DNA from: Leptospirales bacterium
GTDB taxonomy: Bacteria; Spirochaetota; Leptospiria; Turneriellales; JAOUFE01
Direction: 5' to 3'
Length of the DNA: 23,226 nt
Assembly: GCA_040326155.1 (NCBI GenBank)
Contig: JBEQLE010000071.1
Coordinates: 1 to 23,226 of the forward strand
The translations under genes and the position numbers were made by a program. The notes under the pieces were generated by a model. That model made no database searches, had not been told where the DNA came from, and worked only from the letters and a program-made list of their open reading frames with translations. Shown one piece after another: positions 17,183 to 23,226 of this stretch (positions are counted from its first letter, which is position 1; each line of letters starts with the position of its first letter).

Positions 17183-17386
17183 TTATCTTTTCTTTCTACC
17201 AAAAAAAACACATTGCTTGGAAAAGCTTTTATCTTTACATTTTCCGCAAACCGCTTTCTTATCAACGATATGCGGTAAATATTCTAACAACTCGATTGTC
17301 GCCGTAGCCATTGGTTTACCCATTCCCCAAGCAAAATGCTTTAAAATTCCGGAATCCCTTTTCGATAATTTTTGTGTGTATGCCAT
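17183..17386 (-). CDS. Small RHH-like/CxxC protein (copy 2, one Cys lost; possibly decaying)
   Basis: MAYTQKLS...FAWGMGKPMATA...IVDKKAVCGKCKDKSFSKQCVF aligns with 14980-15222; RBS AGGAGA upstream. Confidence 0.72.
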   Translation of the reverse strand: MAYTQKLSKRDSGILKHFAWGMGKPMATATIELLEYLPHIVDKKAVCGKCKDKSFSKQCVFFGRKKR

Positions 17387-17402
17387 AATCGTTCTCCTAT
17401 GT

Positions 17403-17438
17403 TACTGTACTTATTAAATGCTTTGAATAAGTACAGTA
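17403..17438. promoter_or_regulatory. Perfect 13-bp inverted repeat upstream of the CxxC gene copy 2 (operator or hairpin)
   Basis: TACTGTACTTATT (17403-17415) / AATAAGTACAGTA (17426-17438). Confidence 0.55.
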
Positions 17439-17442
17439 TAGT

Positions 17443-17562
17443 GAGGATTATTTACCAAATGAACTCTGGCGAAAACCACCAGACTTGGAGCTTATTGAGA
17501 AGGTAAAAAAACGAGTGGAGAAGAACAAGGCTCTTTACGATAAAGGGAAACCAGTCGCTTAA
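17443..17562 (+). pseudogene. 3' fragment of an immunity-A-like gene
   Basis: Translates EDYLPNELWRKPPDLELIEKVKKRVEKNKALYDKGKPVA*, homologous to the frame ending at 22933; no start codon. Confidence 0.7.
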
Positions 17563-17862
17563 CTTCGAAACTTGTTACATTTATCGAACATAATTTCCAT
17601 AACTGTTCGTGTACTGTAGAAAAATTGAATTCTTCTTGGGAGCAATCCAATAAATACTTTACTTTCATTGATTTTAAACAAAAGTTACCACACCAAAACA
17701 CTATAAAACGCGCAGCCAGTTTTATCTTTAAAAGCGAACCAATACCGGGATGCTCGGTACCCCCCAACCCCCACCAAGGAGGGTGGCGGTTGGGGGCGTT
17801 TTTCTTTTGGTTACTTTTCTTTTGCGGAAAAGAAAAGTGACACCTCCCCGGCGGTTAGCCGG
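17446..17862 (+). repeat. ~415-bp direct repeat, copy 1 (gene 3' end + structured intergenic element)
   Basis: Colinear with 22811-23226; shared blocks GAACATAATTTCCATAAC, AATTGAATTCTTCTTGGGAGCAATCCA, GCCAGTTTTATCTTTAAAAGCGAACCAATACCGGGATGC and three terminal hairpins. Confidence 0.92.
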
Positions 17863-17906
17863 AAAATAAGTATAAATATTGTATAACGAAAATACGAAAA
17901 CGTAGT

Positions 17907-20900
17907 ATGCAAATGAAATTAAAAAACGTGGGGGGTAGGCCACAACCATGTGTGGCCGTGGGGGGCGGCTGCCACCCTTTATATGAATATGACGAAGAAG
18001 GAAATAGAATCTCCGAGACGAAAAATAACAGAGAACAATCTCGGATAGCTCTGGATAGTCGAAACAGAGTGGTTGAGGTTTTAGACGGCGGCGCAGATTA
18101 TAAAAACAGGTATGAATATGACCCGGTCGGAAATTTAATACAATTAACGAACCCGGAAAATCAATCTTATACATTAACGTATAATAATATGAGTCGCACC
18201 ATCGACGTCCAGGATACACTTGGTCATAAAGCTTATATTGAATACGACTTAAACGGAAATGTCGTAACATCCACCGATAAACTGGGCAATAAAACCGGGT
18301 TTGTATATGACACATCCAACAGAATGGTAGAGGCAAAAGACGCCTTTGAAAAATCAGTTCATGTTTTTTACGATAAACTCGGCAACAAAACTCAGGTAGT
18401 GGATAAAAATGGAAACAGAACAAATTTTAGATATAATAAAATCAACAAATTGTCGAGCGTAACCGATGCGCTGGGGGCGAGCTCCAGGTATTATTACGAC
18501 CTAAAAAGAAATATGGTAAAAACCAGAACTGCCAACGGCGCCGAAACACGAATTCAATATGATTTGAAAAACAGGGTTGTGAACGTGTTAGATGCTCTGG
18601 GGAATAAAAGTATATTGGAATATGACGCCGTAGATAATGTAACCCATATGAAAAATGCAAACGGCGAATTGAGCACAATAAAATACGACGTAAGGAATAG
18701 ACCGGTAGAGTATGTAGACCCGCTGGGCAATAATTCTAAATTCGTGTACGACAATTTCGATAATTTAATACGGGCTGTTGATCCATTGGGCAACGCATCT
18801 TTACTTACATATAACAGTCGCAACAAATTGATAGCCACCCAGAAACCGAGTGGAGCAAAAAACAAAATCGCCTATGATCTTTTAGACCATGCAACGAAAA
18901 AAACGGACGCGCTTGGGCGAAGTACGAATTACAGTTATGATAGCGAAGGACGATTGGTTCAAGTGAGCGATGCTTTGGGGAATTCCACCAGGTATAGCTA
19001 TGACGCCGAAGGCCGACTGCTTTCTTATATAGACGCAAATAACAATGGTTCAACGTATGGTTACGACGCGCTTTCACAATTGATTCGTGAAACGGACGCC
19101 TTACAAAACACAACCCGCTTCGATTATGATCCGAACGGTAATGTAACCGAAAAGCTTTTACCGGGAGGTGATCAGGTCGCATATGCCTATGATAAGAAAA
19201 ATCGTTTAACACAAAAAAGTACAAGCGACGGCTTAACGAACAAATACCAATACGATTTAGTCAACAACTTAATCTCTATTGAAAATACAAATTACAAAGA
19301 GCGATATGGTTACGATTTACTGAATCGTAAAACAGATGTAAATAATATTACTCACAATAAACAAATCGAATACAGATACGACCCGGTGGGCCGAAGAACC
19401 TACATGAGTTCCCCCAAAGCCCCCGGCAGCGGAGCCGAATACCGATACGACAAAGCGGGCCGACTGGCCGGAGTAAAGTTCCCGGAAACCCCCAATATGG
19501 AAAACCTTATTCGATACGACGCGGCGGGAAGGGTTATGCAGAAACAATACGTAAACGGCGTCGTAAAAAACATAAGTTATAACACAGACGGGAATGTCAG
19601 CCGATTAAACGAATCGTTAAATGGAAAACAAATCCTCAATTTTGCTTACGAACATGACAAAGTGGGAAATCCTGTTCGCATTACCCGAGAAAACGGTAGA
19701 GTAGACGAAATGAGCTACGACAAGTTAGACCGAATGACCAGCTTTGTGCGCGGGGGATACTCCATGCAGTATACATATGACGCAGTCGGAAATAGAATTC
19801 AAGAGACGGGTTTTGTACCGGCTAGTCCAATAACCGGTGTGAGTGGAGGAGTGGTTTCTACAAATTCACAATACAACGAACTGAACCAACTTACGCAACG
19901 CGGCAATATAAAATACAAATACGACAACAAAGGAAACCGTATAGAAAAAAATGACCCCGCAAGTTATGGACCGGTCGGAGCAATTACAACATATAATTAT
20001 AATGTGGAAAACCAACTGGTCGGGGTAACACTTCCTGATGCAAAAACATATGAATATAAATATGATTCACTGGACCGGCGTATCTACAAAAAATACGCAA
20101 TAGGAACTGACACCTTCGCCAACCATATAATCTATGATGGAAGACAGACGTTGTATGAATTAAACGAAGACGAATCGCCGCTGGCGCAATACAACTTCTT
20201 GCCGCATCCGAGTTTACCATACGGTGAACCTGTGCTGCGAAAATTCTATGGATACAAAGGACGTGGCAGTGCTGGCGGTTCCGGTGGAAAACAGACTATC
20301 GGAAATACACACTACTACCACACCGACGCAATCGGCACAACCTGGAAAATGACAAACCACCAAGGGCAAGAAATATTCGAATACGATTATGACCCTTGGG
20401 GGAATATATTGAATAGCGAATTTACCGAGCCTTACAATCGCTTTTTATATACAGGCAAAGAGTATGATTACGAAACGCAGATGACCCACATCGATGCTCG
20501 CGATTACGACATGCAAAGTGCAACTTGGATACAAAAAGACCCGTATAATTTAGCAACGTTGCAACTTCCACAGACGGCGCAAGGGCTGGTCGCCATGCTA
20601 GGGCAGAATGCGCAGGGAATGTTGTTTAGTCCTAAGGACTTGAATGCGTACTCTTATGTGTATAATAATCCGGCGCGGTATAAGGATGCGAGTGGGCATT
20701 TTGTTTTTACGGCATTTGCGATAGGTGCTGGGGTAGGTCTAATATTTGAAATTGTTCATCAGTTATTAAGTGACAAAGAAATGTCAGTAGGTGAGCGATT
20801 TTTACGTTTAGGTATATCAATGCTGGCTGGTGGATTGTCTGCTGGTGGTGGATATTTGCTAAGTGGTTTGTTTAATAAAGGCGTGAGTATATTTGCAGGT

Positions 20901-21506
20901 GGCGTTAGCAATGGCTTGTTTTCCATGGGTACCGCTGGAGTAAATAACCACCTTTTTAATGATAATAATAATGTATTGCTTTCCGGGCTTTTTGGGTTTG
21001 GTGGTGGCTTATTGGGTAGTTATACAGGTACAAGGGTTGCAAATTTGCTTGCCAAAGCCAAACTAAACGTACCAGGTCGATCTATTGGTAGTTACGGTAG
21101 TAATACTGTCTTTACAACTTATGTGCGTAGTTTAAACGCTAGGACTTTAGGTTTATCCCTTGCGAGTGCTGAATCGGCTACAAATGCAATTACGGGGTGG
21201 GTAAGTAATTCGATTTGGCCGTCTGTACATGAGAAGTTGTATAGTTTAAATGCAGCTACCTGTAACCAGTTCGAATACACTGCTGGCTGGTCCACCGACT
21301 ACTCTAATGTCTTTTCTAGTACGAATTCCGCCTATGACAATAGCGTTCGTGAAGAAAGTCAAAGACAATTGTACTGGTCTTATGGTCTGCAGTGGGACTA
21401 CATGGCAGATGGTAGACGTACTTTTTCGGTTGACCCTTCGACAATTGTCACGTTGTATACAAACCCGGAAATTGAGATTGTGAATTCTTATTATATTGGG
21501 TATTGA
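17907..21506 (+). CDS. 5'-truncated (orphan) RHS/YD-repeat protein paralogous to 4517-12250
   Basis: Homology begins at YEYDEEGN (17982, equivalent to 8720) and runs colinearly to the stop; core ends NNPARYKDASGH. The first ~25 codons are non-homologous; S8, DUF6531-like and TM parts are missing; frame is intact. Confidence 0.9.
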   Translation: MQMKLKNVGGRPQPCVAVGGGCHPLYEYDEEGNRISETKNNREQSRIALDSRNRVVEVLDGGADYKNRYEYDPVGNLIQLTNPENQSYTLTYNNMSRTIDVQDTLGHKAYIEYDLNGNVVTSTDKLGNKTGFVYDTSNRMVEAKDAFEKSVHVFYDKLGNKTQVVDKNGNRTNFRYNKINKLSSVTDALGASSRYYYDLKRNMVKTRTANGAETRIQYDLKNRVVNVLDALGNKSILEYDAVDNVTHMKNANGELSTIKYDVRNRPVEYVDPLGNNSKFVYDNFDNLIRAVDPLGNASLLTYNSRNKLIATQKPSGAKNKIAYDLLDHATKKTDALGRSTNYSYDSEGRLVQVSDALGNSTRYSYDAEGRLLSYIDANNNGSTYGYDALSQLIRETDALQNTTRFDYDPNGNVTEKLLPGGDQVAYAYDKKNRLTQKSTSDGLTNKYQYDLVNNLISIENTNYKERYGYDLLNRKTDVNNITHNKQIEYRYDPVGRRTYMSSPKAPGSGAEYRYDKAGRLAGVKFPETPNMENLIRYDAAGRVMQKQYVNGVVKNISYNTDGNVSRLNESLNGKQILNFAYEHDKVGNPVRITRENGRVDEMSYDKLDRMTSFVRGGYSMQYTYDAVGNRIQETGFVPASPITGVSGGVVSTNSQYNELNQLTQRGNIKYKYDNKGNRIEKNDPASYGPVGAITTYNYNVENQLVGVTLPDAKTYEYKYDSLDRRIYKKYAIGTDTFANHIIYDGRQTLYELNEDESPLAQYNFLPHPSLPYGEPVLRKFYGYKGRGSAGGSGGKQTIGNTHYYHTDAIGTTWKMTNHQGQEIFEYDYDPWGNILNSEFTEPYNRFLYTGKEYDYETQMTHIDARDYDMQSATWIQKDPYNLATLQLPQTAQGLVAMLGQNAQGMLFSPKDLNAYSYVYNNPARYKDASGHFVFTAFAIGAGVGLIFEIVHQLLSDKEMSVGERFLRLGISMLAGGLSAGGGYLLSGLFNKGVSIFAGGVSNGLFSMGTAGVNNHLFNDNNNVLLSGLFGFGGGLLGSYTGTRVANLLAKAKLNVPGRSIGSYGSNTVFTTYVRSLNARTLGLSLASAESATNAITGWVSNSIWPSVHEKLYSLNAATCNQFEYTAGWSTDYSNVFSSTNSAYDNSVREESQRQLYWSYGLQWDYMADGRRTFSVDPSTIVTLYTNPEIEIVNSYYIGY

Positions 21507-21625
21507 TAATTATTGTTATAGTACTATTTTCCGCCAAATTGCATCGCGGAAAAAATAATTGAGATTGGGCTTAGTATAAAAATAGTAGATTAAGAATAAA
21601 TTGTAAAAAAAGGAAGTATACAGAA

Positions 21626-22156
21626 ATGGGGGTTAAGGTAAGTGAATTATATCAGGTTCGTCATAATACATTCTATGTATTTATTTTCCTGTTCGTATTT
21701 AATTTTATTTTTACTGCTTTTATGACATGGGGTTATATCGCTAGTTCCGTAGAGCTAGATGATTATAGTGCCGTAGTTTTTATGTTTATCAATGTAAATC
21801 TATTTATTATGTATATGTTCAGGAAATATCCAGAAAGTATAATTTTAGAAAATGAAGAGTTCCTAATCCATTTTTACTTTCGCAAAGATATCAGAATTGC
21901 AAAACATACTTTGACAAAAATGATGGCGGTAGGAAAAGGATTTAGATTTGGGGATATAAAACTATGTTTTTCTCATGGTGTGTCAATCAACTTGCTCGAA
22001 AGTAGCGATACCTTTATTCCTTTTTTCATGGGTATTTCAAAACAGACAAAACAATGTGAGATGGTCAACTTCAACAGGTTTCATAAACAAACTTTTTTAC
22101 ATCCTGACGATATTGCCTTGATTATGAAAGAGGTTAGTCGGATAACGACACCGTAG
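21626..22156 (+). CDS. 2-TM membrane protein; putative immunity protein A (module 2)
   Basis: Paralog of 12355-12876 in the same position; RBS AAGGAAG. Confidence 0.75.
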   Translation: MGVKVSELYQVRHNTFYVFIFLFVFNFIFTAFMTWGYIASSVELDDYSAVVFMFINVNLFIMYMFRKYPESIILENEEFLIHFYFRKDIRIAKHTLTKMMAVGKGFRFGDIKLCFSHGVSINLLESSDTFIPFFMGISKQTKQCEMVNFNRFHKQTFLHPDDIALIMKEVSRITTP

Positions 22157-22176
22157 CCTTATTATTGTACTTTATT

Positions 22177-22506
22177 ATGCTGGAGATTATCAATTTTATA
22201 ATTATACTTATTGTCGGTTTTTCTTATATTGCTGCTTGTCTTGCTATTCCTCTTTTTTTGGTCGCAATTTTAATTGTGTATCCATTACGTATTATTCAAT
22301 TTTCAAATAGAAGTAGGTTTTTCAATGGGGCGGCAAAAGCACTTTGTGTATTAGCCATGAATACAATACTAATATTGCCTTCTGTAATATTTTATCAAGA
22401 TATGTTACATTTTCATGAATTGATAAAATCACTTATAGGGTCAATTTATGTTGTTTTTTTTGTATTTTCATTATTCGTTTATTTTGAAGATATTAAGCAG
22501 TTTTAA
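22177..22506 (+). CDS. Small multi-TM membrane protein; putative immunity/accessory protein B (module 2)
   Basis: ATG at 22177 gives 109 aa, the same length as and colinear with 12897-13226; preferred over the TTG at 22165 in the ORF track. Confidence 0.75.
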   Translation: MLEIINFIIILIVGFSYIAACLAIPLFLVAILIVYPLRIIQFSNRSRFFNGAAKALCVLAMNTILILPSVIFYQDMLHFHELIKSLIGSIYVVFFVFSLFVYFEDIKQF

Positions 22507-22602
22507 ATTTTGAAATCACCTTCTATCGGACATAGAGATATGTGTTTAAAGTGACAAAATCTTTACTGTACGGTACTACACTTTACAGTTATAGGGTTCC
22601 GT

Positions 22603-22933
22603 ATGGGCAAAGCAGATTATTCTTGGAAAACAAATTGGCAGTGGTGTGTCGGGACTGCAATAATCGTTTTTACCATCTTAGGCTCAACAACACAATCAAA
22701 ACACTTTCTAGTTCCTAATAATTCGGTTAGACCGGACTGCAAAATATGTAGGTGATTTAATTGAAGCCCTGTTATTGCGTTTAGAAAATATTAAGGTTCT
22801 TGAAATTGATGATTACTTAAATAGCGAAGTATGGCAAAAGGAACCCGATCTGGAACTCATTGAAAAGGTCAAAAAACGAGTGGAAAAAAACAAAGCTCGC
22901 TACGATAAAGCGAAGCAGTCGGCTAACATCTAA
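22603..22933 (+). pseudogene. Broken membrane-protein gene, distant relative of immunity protein A
   Basis: ATG 22603 frame gives MGKADYSWKTNWQWCVGTAIIVFTILG (TM-like). A second frame 22712-22933 gives FLIIRLDRTAKYVGDLIEALLLRLENIKVLEIDDYLNSEVWQKEPDLELIEKVKKRVEK..., whose tail matches 17443-17562. Confidence 0.6.
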
Positions 22934-23226
22934 GCCTGCTACATTCACCGAACATAATTTCCATAACTATTCGTGTACTGCAGAAAAATTGAATTCTTCT
23001 TGGGAGCAATCCATTAAATACTTTACATCGATAGACTTTAAGCCAATAACCACCACACTAAAACACTATAAAACGCGTAGCCAGTTTTATCTTTAAAAGC
23101 GAACCAATACCGGGATGCCCGATACCCCACAACCCCCACCAGGGAGGGTGGCGGTTGTGGGCGTTTTTCTTTTGGTTACTTTTATTTTTGCGGAAAAAGA
23201 AAAGTGACACTTCCCCGGCGGTCAGC
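22811..23226 (+). repeat. ~415-bp direct repeat, copy 2 (runs to window end)
   Basis: Colinear with 17446-17859; ends CACTTCCCCGGCGGTCAGC. Confidence 0.92.

Noticed and set aside
14473..17438. Intact prophage or IS element
   Set aside because: No integrase, transposase, replication or structural genes, and no terminal repeats with target duplication were found.
17492..18423. ORFs 17492-17767(-), 17625-17840(+), 17728-18423(-) and also 22860-23096(+)
   Set aside because: They translate the non-coding repeat or the antisense of RHS2; frames are not preserved between the two repeat copies.
21527..21553. TTTTCCGC/GCGGAAAA inverted repeat as a terminator after RHS2
   Set aside because: Short stem, 11-nt loop, no U-tract on the + strand, not conserved after RHS1.

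Overview
Bacterial chromosomal window (no taxon marker; a spirochaete-like origin is only a guess). 1-4.2 kb looks like ordinary chromosome: a LysR regulator with a palindromic operator, then DUF2237, GAF/HD-GYP, PilZ-like and class-3 lipase genes on the minus strand. From 4.3 kb to the end is a modular conflict/accessory locus. Module 1 is a 2577-aa protein (N-terminal TM/signal + subtilisin S8 peptidase + DUF6531-like + coiled-coil insert + YD/RHS cage + hydrophobic Gly-rich C-terminal domain) followed by two small membrane-protein genes. Module 2 is a 5'-truncated paralogous RHS followed by paralogs of both membrane genes. There is also a third 145-bp relic of the RHS tail and relics of further immunity-like genes. 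A hairpin-rich repeat ending CCCCGGCGGTTAGCCGG precedes module 2 and recurs at the window end (only its terminal motif precedes module 1), suggesting a third module downstream. Between the modules is an AT-rich insert: two long attC-like palindromic elements with compensatory base changes, a TM+PLD-like-fold gene, an XRE regulator, an inverted pair of small CxxC proteins, a trypsin-like protease and a 3-TM protein with an internal RBS+ATG. No integrase, transposase, RT, CRISPR or RNA gene was seen.
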